Position numbers and translations under genes: made by a program. DNA of 64,000 nucleotides from Flaccisagitta enflata (taxonomy: Eukaryota), in contig OZ231126.1 in the NCBI GenBank assembly GCA_965153355.1, forward strand, positions 39,370,001-39,434,000, written 5' to 3'. Below the pieces are notes generated by a model. It was not told where the DNA came from. It saw only the letters and a list, made by a program, of their open reading frames with translations, and searched no databases. Position 1 is the stretch's first letter. Every line of letters begins with the position of its first letter. Positions 13,399-27,309 of this stretch are shown here, one piece after another.

Positions 13399-14980
13399 CT
13401 ATTTTTGGATGGAAACTTCCGACAAAAGCGAAGTTATTCTTATGAAGTTGTTATCTTTAGAACTCCAATGACCCGACAGTAACTGCTATCTATTGTTCAT
13501 TGTGTAACGTATAACACGGTCGGATACTTGGCTAAGGATGTGGTTGGACGAATACAATAAGTAGTCAGTGAATACTAGTCACTTAAGGGTGAATAAGGGC
13601 AGTAATGCGGGTAGGCAGGGTGGTCTGGGTGGGCGGGGGCTGTAATGTGGCTGGGCAGGGGCTGGTAATGCTCCAAAATCATCAGTTCAGCGAATATCAC
13701 GCAATCCAAAATTTCGCGTTGCCATTCTTTCCTCCAACCCACCTACGGACGAACCCTCTTACATTGTCTTATAGCAAGCGCCTAAAATCTGCTTGAAAAC
13801 TATCTTTGTTAAAGGCCGATGACTTTCCGTGTTCAGCGGCAGTGCCCACTGGTTGTGCCCATCTGGTTGTCTCCTCTCAAGCATTCCTTTCGCCGGTTTC
13901 TTAATATATCAACTTGTCAATTTGTTTTCTTTCTTCCTTTCTCACCATCTCCATTTAAACCTTCCATTGTCTTCTTCACTGTCTCTATGTCACTCAATAC
14001 GTCTGCCTGTCAATCCGTTCGTCCTTTCTTCGCCATAAGGCCTCCCATTTTCTTTTCATTCAGTCACTGTTTTTTAACCCTCATTGTGCGCTTATCGGCA
14101 TGTTTGTCTATCTCACTTTCTGTCATTTTGTCAGTACTTTTTTCGATCATCCTTTTACTTGCATTTCCACTTAATCTAATCTTCCGTTTCTTTTCTTAAA
14201 GGTGTGGACCAATCTGTGTGTGTCTGTCAGTCAGTCATTCTCTCCAACTATTCTTCCACTTTAACTTGATACTATTTTTACCACCTCATCAGAACTATGA
14301 CTGTCTGTCTGTCTGTCTGTCTCCCATTAATGACCTTGCGTGTAACAATCTAAGCCTTTTATTCGGCCTTTCTGTCGGTCTACAAAGCCCCCGATCATCC
14401 TTCCTGTGAGTCCTTGGTATCTGACTGTCTCTCTGTCTGTTTTCTGCTTATCCAAGCTTTTGTCTTTCTTCCTCTCTGTCCTCACATTCGTTTTCACTTC
14501 TTTTGATCTTTTCCTCCTCTTTATTTCTGTCCGTTTTGTTTCTCGGTCCATTCTTTATTTTCACTTCCTTCAATCTCTCTTTGAGTCATCATCTGTCTGT
14601 CAGTATCTCTTTCCATCCTTACATTTATCTTAATCCTTTCCTTCCCTTTCTCATTAGCAATAAGTCAGTCCATCGGTCTGTCTGCACAATAAGACATTGT
14701 CCATCCCAACTTTCATTCATCTTTTCCTTCTTTTTCTGTTTCTCTGTCAGACTGTCCTTCTGTCTTTCTGTCACTCCTTTCATTTTCACTTGGTTCAATC
14801 TTTGCGTTCTCTTCCTCATTCTCTGTTTCTCTTTGGTGGCGACGAAATGACAAAGATAAATTTCGAAATCATTCTCGTAACGCGGAGACTGAAAACCCAC
14901 CTTCCACGCCAACAACCTCATCGTTCATCACGCCACGCGATTGCTACGCCACAAAAGCCATCCAATCCAGCGACAAAAAA

Positions 14981-15146
14981 AACAAGGCCGGATACACGGC
15001 CACCAGTTGCGGACGGGTTGGCAGGGGCGGAAATGCGCGTTTTCCCGCTTTTCGACTCGATCACCTCTACGGACCGACCAACCGACCAACCAACCAAACG
15101 ACCAACGGACGGACAAAGCCTCTTATAGAGTTGCGTGTCCGCAACT
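14981..15146 (-). mobile_element. Short HINE (AGTTGCGGAC type)
   Basis: AACAAGGCCGGATACACGGCC ... AGTTGCGTGTCCGCAACT; close match to 37367-37517. Confidence 0.85.
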
Positions 15147-16079
15147 AAAAAGGCAAAAAAACATCCAACTGAAGATTGAAACCCCATGCTATCGCTACGC
15201 CACAAATGCCATCCAATCCAGAGACTGAAAACCCATCCTCCACGCCAACAAAATCGGCATTTAACGCGCTAAGCCATTGTCTGCATTGCCATAAACTTCA
15301 ACCAATTCGGCGCGGCGACTGATAAGTGATAACCCACTTTTAACACCAACAACATCATAACAAGTCCAGTCATGCCATCACCCATTACGCCAAATTGAAG
15401 TTTATCAGTCATCCTATCATTTGCACCACTACCGTTAGTTTTTACGCCATTTCATTTGCAACGCGATGTCGACCTTGGTTATGCCACTTCAACGCAAATT
15501 ATAGTTTATCATAGTCAAGCCATCTGCATCGGGGCCATGGTTTGTCACACATTTGCACACTCCTGTCAACCAGACTTGACGCCAACTTCTGTATGGCCGC
15601 GAATTCTAAGGCAATGACTTCTCGACAATGGTGAGTGCTCACAGGAGAGTGCGGAGCAGATATAGAGTGGTGGGTGGAGTGGTGACAAACTAACAATGGC
15701 AATGGCAACCAATGCATGAAAGCGGTAGACTGATAAGAACTAGGGAGTGGTGAATACAGAGGAAGATGAGCTGACTGTTGATAACAAGAGTCTGTCACTT
15801 AGGGTAGCTATGCTCATGCTCCATGTCCGGTTGAGTACGGGTCCTTTCATGAAGTTTTTAAAACGCAAAATGTTGAAATAGGAATTATGGAGAATTACGT
15901 TTACCATTTTTAGTGACTGGAGTCATTCCCGATTCATTCTTTTTTAACTAAAATAATTTAAAGAGTTCAAAAGGAGACGATCTCTAGACAAAAAGACCAT
16001 ATGATACCGAGACAGTCATGAAATTTGCGTAAAGAGAGTACAAATGGCACTCGTTCAGAAAAAGGCGCGAGAGAGAGAT

Positions 16080-16213
<134 letters not shown>

Positions 16214-17081
16214 GAGGAAATAGTAAAAAAGAATGTGATAATAGCAAAGGCAAGTTGATGATTTCTTCGGCTGGAGGAAAATGGATTGAGGAAAACTGTC
16301 TAGTGTATATGCAGAAAAGGGAGAGAGAGAGAGAGAGAGAGAGAGACTGACGGACACCCAGTGACAGTTAGACAGAAAGAGGAGGCCACACACAAAAAAT
16401 TGAGAAAGATGGAAACGCTGGTCCGCCATCATGTTCCCAAAAAGTTTATCTTGTCAGAATATAAAAAAGAAATTGAATACTTAAGTGGAGGATTAAAGCT
16501 GCGGGTATCAATGATATCATCGAAATCAAGTTTTGTTGATGTGCGATAAATAAGCGGGACAGGTTAATTCGAGATAGGAATCAAGATTGAATTAGAATGC
16601 AAAGATAAAAGCATAGGCCAAAGCATTTAGGCTTAGAGGCATTTAGATAAAAGAATGAGTGGCAAAGAACAAAACGGTCCAATAAGTAGTCGCTTGCGGT
16701 TGGGCACGGGCAGTAGGTGGGTAGGCGGAGGCAGTAATGCCAAAGAACCACTATTTTGGTCAATTTCGTCATCCAAGATTTGGCGATACCTACAATTTAC
16801 CTACATACCCTCTTACGGACACAGCCTCTAATAGACCAAGCAAATAAAAAAAAAAGAAAAAAGATAAAGAACCATTCACCACCATCAGAGTGAAAACTAA
16901 TGAGAAAATAGTGAGAAGAAAGATATCAAAAGGAAGTGGAGTGAGTGGCACAAACAGAAAACTTTAATGGTGGAGTGAGATGGAGGCTCGGATGAGAAAA
17001 GTAAACCTCGCAATAACGTATGTCAAGGGACCAATAAATCTTACCATTATAGATGGATTTCTATCATTCCCATCAAAGGAA

Positions 17082-18439
17082 AATAGTTGCAACAGCGTCA
17101 GATGGTCAGCATTACCCGTTGCCCCTAAGTTAGTGAATGTTAGATGTGAAGGTGAGAGGGGCAGCGGCCCCAAAGGAGCCGGTGACCGATGCTTGGCTAG
17201 AATTTGAGTATTGAGTCGGGATTTTAGCCCCAAGGAAAGGATTGGAGCCATGAGTTTGGAATTGGATCCATGAGGTTGGAATTGGAGCCATGATGCTGGG
17301 GTTGGAGCCTCGGAGCTTGGGTTGGAGCCTTGAGACTAGGATTGGAGCCCCAAGGCTGGGATTGGAGCCCCAAAGCTTGTATTGGAGCGTCGAGGCTGGG
17401 ATTGGACCCTCAAGGCTGAGATTGGAGCCTGGAGGCTGGGATTAGAGTCTCAAGGCTGGGATTGGAGCCTCAAACTGGGATTGGAGCCTCAAGGCTGGGA
17501 TTGGAGCCTCGAGGCTGGGATTGGAGCCTTGAGGCTGGGATTGGAGCCTTGAGGCTGGGTTTGAAGCCTTAAGTCTGGGAATGGAGCCTCGAGGCTGAGA
17601 TTAAAGCCTCGAGGCTGGGATTGGAGCCTTGATGCTGGAAATTGAGCCTTGACACTGGGATTGGAGCCTTGAGGCTTGGATATGAGGCTAAAGGCTGGGA
17701 TTTGAGCTGAAGGTTGAAATTTAGGCTTCGAAGTCAAAGGGGGGGACAGAGAAGGAGGAGGAGGAGGAGGAGAAGGAGAAAGTTTCCCATAACTATGGCA
17801 AAGAAAAAAAAGACAGTTATTTCAATTCATTCCTACGCCCTCATTTTATTGATCAGCTTAAAATCCTTCTAGGTAGTAATAGTATATCAAATTACCTACT
17901 CAGCAAAAAAATCAGAACTCAAAAATGTTGATTTTTGAGCCCGTGGCAGCACTTTTTCTCAAAAAACATCAGGCAAAAAAGAGGAGAAAAAAACTCCATA
18001 TTTACAACTTTTTGAAATTCATTTTGACAGCTCTTACAAAAAATGATGCTACGGGCGCAAAAATTAACTTTTTTGAGTTCTGATTTTTTTGCTGAGTAGG
18101 ATATTCGACATACTATGGACACCTAAAAAGACTTGAGGCCATTTTTAAAAAAATGAGCGCGCAGTAACAGTTGTAAGTCATGTAAAAATTTTAATCAGTG
18201 GGCAAATTACTTTATGACTTATTTTACAAAAAATGATGCTGTGGGCACAAAAATCAACTTTTTTGAGTTCTGATTTTTTTGCTGAGTCACAAATTTGTCA
18301 TTTTATTACCACCTAAAAGGATTTCCAGCTATTCCAAAAAATGGGCTCGTAGCAGTATTTTGAAAATCACTGTCTTTTTTATTTTTGCCATAGTTATGTG
18401 TGAAAGCGTAAGTCATCGGCCCTATCGGGGCCGCATCCC
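17082..18439 (-). mobile_element. Long HINE-like element A1 (20-bp array), interrupted by a TA-flanked element
   Basis: Reverse tail AATAGTTGCAACAGCGTCAGATGGTCAGC, 20-bp ATTGGAGCCTTGAGGCTGGG array, 5' arm split by the insertion. Confidence 0.8.
17792..18394. mobile_element. TA-flanked foldback-like MITE (ACTATGGC termini)
   Basis: Splits host consensus CCCATATGTGTGAAAGC into CCCA-TA-[element]-TA-TGTGTGAAAGC; long internal inverted segments (CTCAGCAAAAAAATCAGAACTC and its complement). Confidence 0.88.
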
Positions 18440-18758
18440 AAAAAAGCAATGACATGATCAAGATTCTATATCTCCTTAGGGCGGATTTCCATTACTCTTG
18501 TATCCGGTATAGCCGGGTTTAACTGTATGAGACAGAGGGACAAATATGGTAAGGCTGTGGTAAAAGGTACAGGTTAGAAATTTCGAGGGAGGGACATGGG
18601 CTAAAAAGTCATGGTAGAGCAACAGACTAATAGCAGCCGCGGACGGATGGGCAGCTCCAGGCAGAAGTGCCGCATTGCACGCATTTAAACTCTTTTGTCA
18701 CGGAGAGATGACTGCCGGACGGTAAGATGGACGGATGAAAGGGGGAGATATTTAAAAA

Positions 18759-18904
18759 AACAAGGCCGGATACACGGCAATCCAGTCGCGGATCGTTGGG
18801 CAGGAGCAGTAATGCGAAAACTGCCCGGAATTAAAAAATGTGACGGATCTATCGACATACCGACCAACCGACACGGCAAGATGTAGAGTCGCGTGTCCGC
18901 GACT
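18759..18904 (-). mobile_element. Short HINE (AGTCGCGGAC type)
   Basis: AACAAGGCCGGATACACGGC ... AGTCGCGTGTCCGCGACT. Confidence 0.85.
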
Positions 18905-19470
18905 AAAAATCTATGGAAGTAGGATAGAAATCCTTTATCTTTTAATCGTTTAAGATGCAGTTAGAGATACAGATGGAAACAAAATATTTGGGATTAGAGA
19001 CAGACTGAAAAAAAAAATGACAACGGGGCCAGGACTGAAGAGGATAAAAGCAGAGCGACGGACTGAGAAAAGCATTGAGGCAAAGAAAAGGCATCTTCTT
19101 TCATTTTTCTCTCGCATTTTTTCTCCCCATGAAGCCCTTTGTAAAATTCCATGCCGGAGTTTTTGGCGCTCTTAATAATGAAGGTTTTTAATATCGCCTC
19201 ATTAAAGTTCTTCAAAAGAATGGATTCAAAAGAATGGATAGAAATAGAAAACAAGCTCAAACGGACAACGATGCGTCCTGACTGATCCTCTTGAACGCAG
19301 TAGATTTTGCATCGAAAATGTATAGCAAATGGGTGTCGCATATATCAAAAGATAGTAACTTGTGGAGATGCTGGTAACTAAAACATTGTGCTAAGACTGC
19401 GAAGTAGTTGATATTGCCATCACCAAAATCCACAAAAAATGTAATTTTAGAGAAATGTATTGTATTGATA

Positions 19471-19612
19471 AACAAGGCCAGATACACGGCAATCCAGTTG
19501 CGGATGGTTCGGCAGGAGGAGTAGGGCGAAAACCACTGGGAATTCAAAAATGTTATGGACGGACCGATGGACCAACTGACACGGCAAAGTGTAGAGTCGC
19601 ATGTCCGCGACT
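19471..19612 (-). mobile_element. Short HINE
   Basis: Homologous to 18759-18904. Confidence 0.8.
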
Positions 19613-19807
19613 GAAAATAGTTGAATAGAAAAACGGATGGATAGACGGACGTGGACAGACCCTCGTGTAGAGATGCGTGGACGCTTTTAAAAAGGGAGAA
19701 AATCGCAGGAAAAAAAAAAAGGGTGAAAAAACAATCTTGTTTCTCATTTCAAGTTAGGTCTACTCGGAGACTCTTTTTCTCGTTCGCCCGTGCCACTTGG
19801 AAAACAG

Positions 19808-19923
<116 letters not shown>

Positions 19924-20042
19924 TTTCGGTATTGCTGTTGCGGCTGATTCTGCATCTCCGCGCTGCCGCGTCATTGTGCTGCAGCTGCGACAGTGAAATC
20001 AGCAGAATTGCATTCACGAGGACGTCGTTTTTGATGCACTAG

Positions 20043-20575
20043 GATGTCACTCTCAAAACGGCAGTGAATGGGTGACAAGAGGTGGGAGTGATGAAATGAC
20101 ATCCTCAAAACGGCAGTGAATGGGTGATGAGAGTAGAAAGTGATGAAATGACATCCTCAAAACGGCAGTGAATGGGTGATGAGAGTTGGGAGTAATGAAA
20201 TGACATCCTTAAAACGGCAGTGAACTGGTGATGAGAGTTGGGAGTGATATAAAATGACATCCTCAAAACGGCAGTGAATGGGTGATGAGAGTTGAGAGTA
20301 ATGAAATGACATCCTCAAAACGGCACTGAACTGGTGATGAGAGTTGGGAGTGATGAAATGACATCCTCAAAATGGCAGTGAATGGGTGATGAGAGTTGGG
20401 AGTAATGAAATGACATCCTCAAAACCGCAGTGAATGGTTGATGAGAGTTGGGAGTGATGAAATGACATCCTCAAAACAGCAGTGAATGGGTGATGAGAGT
20501 TGGGAGTGATGAAATGACATCCTCAAAATGGCAGTGAATGGGTGATGAAAGGTGGGAGTGTTGTAATGTCACTTT
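20043..20575. repeat. 52-bp minisatellite, ~10 copies
   Basis: Unit GACATCCTCAAAACGGCAGTGAATGGGTGATGAGAGTTGGGAGTGATGAAAT; starts at 20098 and 20150 are 52 bp apart; degenerate copies continue to ~20730. Confidence 0.92.
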
Positions 20576-20788
20576 CAAATCTCAATTTGGGATAGAAAAG
20601 ACAAAACTAGGAGGGGATGATGAAATGTCACCATCAAAATGGCTGTGAATGGGTGACTGAGGTGGGTGTGATGGAATGTTTATGTCAATATGCCAGCGAA
20701 TGGGTGGGCAGGGTGGCAAAGGTGGTAGTGATGAAGCATCACTCTTATTTTTGGGGAAAATTAAAGGACAAATGTGGCACAACTGTAG

Positions 20789-20942
20789 TACAAGGCCGGA
20801 TAAACGGTAATCCAGTCGCGGACGATTGCACAGGAGCGGTAATGCTAAAACCGCTCAGAATTCAAAAATGTGACGGACGGACCGACGGACCAACATACCG
20901 ACCGACCTACAAGGCAGGGTGTAGAGTTGCGTGTCCGTAACT
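20789..20942 (-). mobile_element. Short HINE
   Basis: CAAGGCCGGATAAACGG ... AGTTGCGTGTCCGTAACT. Confidence 0.8.
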
Positions 20943-20964
20943 AAAAACGTCGAAAACACTGTAA

Positions 20965-21401
20965 ACATTTGCCCAAGGGCAGTTTGTGGTCAGCGGTACC
21001 CTGTGCTCTGCTAGGCATGATTGTGACTGTGAGTGTGAGAAATCGAAGGGATAAAATCTTTGAAACACAGAGGGATAAGTTTTTCCTGTCAAAGAAAATT
21101 GATGAGGCGCAGGAGGGCTGATTGAGGGCCTTTGATGGTGGGAACGCCAAAGAGGGCGGCCATTAGGCCTAACTGGGCTCATATGCGGTCTGTTAAACAT
21201 GAGAGGGCTGATTGAATGCCTGAGAGGCCAGAATGGGCTTATTTGAGGCTGGAAAGGCCTGAAATGGGTAATTTGAGGCGTAGGAAGTTAGGTTCTAGGT
21301 TTGAGAAGCTTGATCATGAGGGAGACACAAACAAACAAAGAAACAAGTGGACAAATGGAAGTCCTGTGTTTTACAGGTCCTCCTCTTTGGGACCGCTGCT
21401 C
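20965..21401 (-). mobile_element. Degenerate long HINE-like element (A2-related)
   Basis: GCCCAAGGGCA..TGGTCAGCGGTACCC tail, decayed 21-bp repeats, CCTGTGTTTTACAGG..CCGCTGC end. Confidence 0.6.
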
Positions 21402-22175
21402 AAAAACTAACCGACCGACACATGAATCAATTGACCAATATGCCAACCACAAAATGGCCCTTAACTTTAGAAAACTGAATATGGAGAATCCCTTTTCACA
21501 ACCGACAAAGACCTTGGTTTCATGATTAGAGTATTTACTCCTTTTAGAGTGCTATTCTCGTACCCATTAAAAGAGAAACGACAATTGGAAATTGGCGGCA
21601 CCAATTTCAAGGAAAACAAACTTGATGTCAAAAGGGAACAAACGCTTTCGCCGACTTAAAAAGTGGTTTTTGCGCTGCATCAAGGGTCAACCTAATGTCA
21701 ATTCCGAAGTTTTAGGGTAAATGAAGACTTTCGAGTGAAAACAAGCAGCAGGTTAACCAAAGGAAATGGAGGGAAAACGACAAAAACATTAGCCAGCGTT
21801 GAATCACAGCGCCTGCCATCATGAACCCGTTCTAATAGGGTCTCTCTCGTCTGGTCGGTCTTTTAGTCTGTAGCTCGTGATCCAACAGGTCCATGAATTG
21901 GCCTACTTGGCCTTAGACATTCTCCTAGCTAGTCGGGTTACTAACCGTCCTACACGTGTTTTAGCAGATGAGCTGGTCACAAAGAAATAAACCCTTTTAT
22001 AGTTAAACCTTACCCTTACCACTACGCAATTATGATTATCTAATTTCCTTCCATAGGTTCCTCCGTTGCCAATATTGAACCTGCCATGTTTGATATATAC
22101 GCTTATTGAAGTTGTGTAACGGCTAGTCTTATTCAAACTGGTCATGGAGACTTTGAGGGAAAGGCGGCAAAAAAA

Positions 22176-22605
22176 AATAGTCGCAAAAGCGTTAGATGGT
22201 CAGCGGTACCCGTGCCCTGCTTAAGTAGGTTCTGGTTGAAGTTGAGAAGAGCAGTGCTCTGGTGTCGATGACCTATGCTTACATACATATGAGGATTTTC
22301 TCTCCTTCCTTCTTCCTAAATCCTTGGGCTTCATATCTCACCTCAAGGCCCATATCCCAGCCTCAGGCCAATCCCAGTCTTGAGGCCCAAATCCCTTGAG
22401 GCTGGAATTTGGGCCTTGGGTTGGGGATTTAGGCCTGGAGGTTGGGATTTGAGCCTCAAGACTAGGATTTGGGCCTCGAGGCTGGGATATGGGCCTTGAG
22501 GCTGAGATATGGGCCTCGTGGCTGGAAGGAGGAGGAGAAGAAGGAGGAGAAAATCCCCCATATGTGTGAAAGCATAGGTCATCGACCCCTTCGGGGCCGC
22601 TGCCC
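22176..22605 (-). mobile_element. Long HINE-like element A1, palindromic variant
   Basis: Same tail and arms as A1; repeat units invert orientation near ~22395. Confidence 0.8.
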
Positions 22606-23504
22606 AAAAGGAAAGTCAAAAAAGGAGAAAGAAAGAAAGTTAGAGGACCCAAGAAAGGATTCCCAACGCAGTTTAAAAAAAAAAAGAAAGAAAAATCAAA
22701 TGGGTGGAAAAAAGGTCCATACGGGAAAGACAACAAGTGAGAAAGATTAAAATGAAAAGATAAAGAAGAAGAAGAAGCTCGAAAAAAGCAAGAAGCTTAA
22801 AATAAAGAAGAAGTGAACTGCTTTTGCCATTGGCATCGTTTTCTGCCTTTGGACCTTTGGGAAAGAAACAGATTTTGTCTAGAGGGAAAGAAAAGCTAAA
22901 AAAGAGAAAGCAGTTTTATGAGAGCGTAAATGGGAATATGAACTGTCATGCCTAAACGGGAATAGGTAAAAGTGGTCTGTGTTCATGAGAAATAGCATAA
23001 AATAATGTTTGGATGGGAAGGGGCAACAAATTAAAACTTTTCTGCAGACCAACAAAGCATATGAGCACGCGATTAACAAGCAGCGTCATGTGTTTGTGGG
23101 GATTTGAAGTGCAATATGAAAGAATTCATAGAATCATTTGAGAATGGGAAGTAGTTTTTTTATGTGACTTACGGTATTTCCATAGGATTGATATGTATGT
23201 ATGCAATGTTAATTGTATAGTGAGTGTTTGATAAAAGGCACTTTATAGGAAGTTTTGTGTGTAAAACTAAAAGTTACTTGGAAGATTGAGAAAAAAGAAC
23301 TTTCTTTTGCTCTTCAAATTCCAAAGTGGATTTTGGAGTTCAATTTCTCCACTTGATTTCCCCACTTCTTCCAAGATCAATCACTCTCTGTCTGAGAGTC
23401 CATCTTTTTCACTCTCAGTACCCTTTTTCTCCTTTTGCTCCATCCTCTTTTCTTTCTCCTCATGTCTCCCTTTTTATCCATTTGTCTGTCTGTCTGTCTG
23501 TCTC

Positions 23505-23595
<91 letters not shown>

Positions 23596-24268
23596 CTCTC
23601 TCTCTCAATCTCTCTCTCTAATTCAATTTCATAAGAGTCGTCAATTCAAAATGCAATTGAAAATTATTATGCTTAAACAATTTCATTTTTCGGATTCATG
23701 ATAATTATCAACAAATGACACTTTTTTATTCGATTTGATTATCACTTGCGTAATCGGTTTTTTTACCGTAAAAAGTAGATTTAAAAGGGCTAATTCGTTA
23801 CGGATGTGCAAATGGGTGTGCAAAGCGTAAATTGTTTGCACGGAGTAGATTGATTTAATGCTCAGTAACACTAACAGCTCGTCATAAGCGCAATTCCGAG
23901 TCCATCTTGCCCTTCCGCGCCAAGTCTTACCTGGTCTTTCAAAGACCTGTCTTGACTTGTCTTTTCCAAGATCACTTTCTCTCTCTTTCTTTTTAAGATC
24001 TCTCACTTCACAATAGATCAAGGAGGAAGCTTTGAATCTTGGGCCTTTCAGAAAGGATATCTCTCTCTCTCTTTCCTTTTTTCACCGTTTGTTTATGTGC
24101 CTATGTCTGTATGTGCCTTTGGTCACGGACGATTATCTGTCAAAGTGTATGTGAGAACTTTCTTTTTCACTGTGTTTCCATACCTGCCTAAGTCTGTCTG
24201 TCAGTGTCTGGTTTTCTGTGTGTCAGTGAGTGGTTGTCTGTCAGTGTCTGTGTTTGTCTACGTCTGTC

Positions 24269-24452
<184 letters not shown>

Positions 24453-24479
24453 GGTCTCATATATATCTTCACTTTCACT

Positions 24480-24787
24480 TCCCATGGGCTGGGGTGCGCG
24501 CAGCAGCACCATATAGAATAGACTGTCTTTTAACGTGTTCATACACACGCAAACGCGCGCTCGCACGCACACACACACGCGCGCGCCCTTCGTCATTCCC
24601 GTCAGTGCGTGTGAAAAAGGCTGCGGCCTGCGTGCGCGCGCGTCCAGACCAGTGAAAAGAAACCCAATTGAGCGCATTCGTGTAACGAATCAAACGATAG
24701 TGGCAAAGGCGAGGATATTTGTTACACAAGTGCCCTTGTTTGGACTCGGTTATCTGAAAAATACCGCGAAAAGAGAGGAAAGTATGT
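24480..24787 (+). promoter_or_regulatory. Candidate promoter and non-coding first exon
   Basis: CpG-rich, apparently unique sequence after a long (CT)n tract; Inr-like TCATTC (24593) and TCAGT (24602); donor-like GTATGT at 24782. Confidence 0.3.
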
Positions 24788-25018
24788 GTGACGAACGACG
24801 AGATGAAGGAGAGAAAACGATAACAATGACGACGCCGGTGATGACGATGGGGACGACGACGACGAAGGTGATGATGACAAGGACGATGACGGTAACGACG
24901 ACGATGATGACGGCGACGTTGACGACAAGGAAAGGAGAAAACGACAACGAGAGAGGAATCATTGACAACGCTCTCTGAATAGGAAGGAAAAAGGAACGAG
25001 GACAGGAAAAACAGCGGG

Positions 25019-25127
<109 letters not shown>

Positions 25128-25356
25128 GACAGACAGAGACAGAGACAGACAGAGACAGAGACAGACTGACAGACAGAGACAGACAGAGACATACAGAGAC
25201 AGACTGACAGACAGAGACAGACAGGCAGACAGAAAGCTGGCAAAGGCAACCCGACAGTCTAAGGTCTGGGACAGACTACAAACAATATATATACTCATTT
25301 TGAAACCAAGGAGAAAATCGGTAACTAAAATCAGTGTTGAAAACAAAATATAGAAG

Positions 25357-25566
25357 AACAGGACCGAATACGCGGCTATCCCAGTCGCGTGCGGGTGGGC
25401 GGGGGCATTGAGTTACTGAATCAGTTAGGCAGGAGCTGCAAGGGCAAGGGCCGCAAAAATACAAAGAAAAGGGGAACGAATAGATGGATGGATGGACAGA
25501 GAGATGGAAGGATGGATGGAGGGACAAATGGACGGACGGACACAGCGAAATTTAGAGACGCGATTA
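25357..25566 (-). mobile_element. Short HINE, degenerate
   Basis: CCCAGTCGCGTGCGGGTGGGC core and (GGAT/GGAC)n. Confidence 0.65.
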
Positions 25567-26224
25567 AAAGCATTCTAAAAATAATGAATTTTCTTTCAGG
25601 TCCTGTCATTCTTTTTTTGTTAAAAAAAAAAACCGTCTTTAACGAACTGTGACTAGGAAAACAGGCTTTTACTGATAAAAAAATGACATAGCATGTAAAA
25701 AATTTCAAACATGGCATAGCATGTATAACTTTTTTTTTATCAAATTAGCTTTGGCTTCATTCGCTAACGCAGGTCATCATGCCAAGCGGGACAGGGGTAT
25801 TGCCGACTCCGCGCTTTTTTAGGTTGCCTACATAGAAATTGCCATTGAAGTTTAGTAGATGTCGGCGTTTCCAGATGTAAGAGACGCGAAAACAATGTTG
25901 GTTCAACCATCAGTGAAGTTATTTGTTGAGCTCTCGCTGAAACTGGGTTTTGAGTTATTTATGAGATTGTTAACGCGCGGCAGAAGTAGAGAGCAAAGAT
26001 GGTAGGAGCAAAGAGAGACTAACGAGGGAGCAACGATTGCAGGAGAAGGAAACGACGATTGGAGGAGCAGGAAGCTGAGATTCTAGGAGAAGAGTTAGAA
26101 GGAAGCAAAGGTTGCAAAAGTAGAGAGTATCAACTAAAGAAGTATGTAGCAAAGATAGTAGGAGCAGTGTGCGATGATCAGGGAGAGAAGATTGTAGGAG
26201 CAAAGAATGGCAATACACGTCTAA

Positions 26225-26317
26225 ATGTATGTATGTATGTATGTATGTATGTATGTATGTATGTATGTATGTATGTATGCGTGTATGTGTGTATGTATAT
26301 GTATGTATGTATGTATA
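26225..26317. repeat. (ATGT)n microsatellite within degenerate GGAGCAAAGATTG-like repeats (~25990-26620)
   Basis: Direct reading. Confidence 0.85.
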
Positions 26318-26661
26318 TTTAGCACAATCTTAGGAAAACAGAGCGATGATCAAGTGAGCGGGAAGAAAAGATTGTAAGAGAAACCATACACGATCAATTG
26401 AGTATAAAGGCAACAATTTGGTGAGCATGAAATAATGATAGGAAGGGCAGTGAGCAAGCAAATAAGAAAAGAGCGGAGAGCAACAATCAAAGCAGCATGC
26501 AGCAGGAAGCAAAGATTGCAGGAGAATAGAGCAACCATCAAAGGAGGAGTAAGCAATTGCGGCAAGTGCAAGAGCAATCTAAAGAGCGATCTAAGGGGGT
26601 GGGGAGCAAGATGAACAACCAGGAAAGAAATATTAAAGGGATTCGGAAGAAAAATGAAAGA

Positions 26662-26784
26662 AACAAGGCCAAGTAGGCCAATAAGGTGCGACGTGAGGAT
26701 CGTCGAACGAATGCGTTACCCGACCAACCAACCGACCAACCAACCAACGGACACAGCCACTTAAAGAGGTGCTTTGTCGCACCT
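26662..26784 (-). mobile_element. Short HINE, subfamily D (AGGTGCGACAAAGCACCT)
   Basis: Reverse-complement match to 30402-30512. Confidence 0.85.
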
Positions 26785-26851
26785 AAAAATTGAAAATTAG
26801 CAATCAGGTGAAGAAAATTACGCGCGAAACTGATCATTGATTTTTATCGGT

Positions 26852-26852
<1 letters not shown>

Positions 26853-26940
<88 letters not shown>

Positions 26941-27005
26941 AGAAGAAGAAGAAGAAGAAGAAGAAGAAGAAGAAGAAGAAGAAGAAGAAGAAGAAGAAGA
27001 AGAAG
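26853..27005. repeat. Compound (GA)n-(GAA)n microsatellite
   Basis: Direct reading. Confidence 0.95.
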
Positions 27006-27309
27006 GTGGAGAAGGTGAGGGAGAGACCATTTTTTGCATAATCAGGGCAAGAAGTTGTGATTACTGCGGCATAAGTTGAAAACAACTAAGTGTGAGAGAA
27101 TAGGAGGGGCAACGGCTCAACAGCGCAATCGTCCAACAGTCGCATGCCTCTCGTAACTTTTACAAGTATAATCAGACTACTTAATAATCACACAATTAGT
27201 TGATGACAAAATCACGTTTCTACATATTGAGACGACCTCACGAATGACTTATATGAAAGACAGACCGACCCACCAACTGGCAAACCATAGAGACATGTGC
27301 ATGTGATAA

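Noticed and set aside
15515-15636. Possible exon ending at a GTGAGT donor
   Set aside because: One frame is open but the peptide is unrecognisable and no partner exons are visible; cannot be supported without transcripts.
24781-24978. Asp/Thr-rich ORF tail
   Set aside because: Degenerate (GAC/GAT)n low-complexity sequence, downstream of a candidate splice donor.
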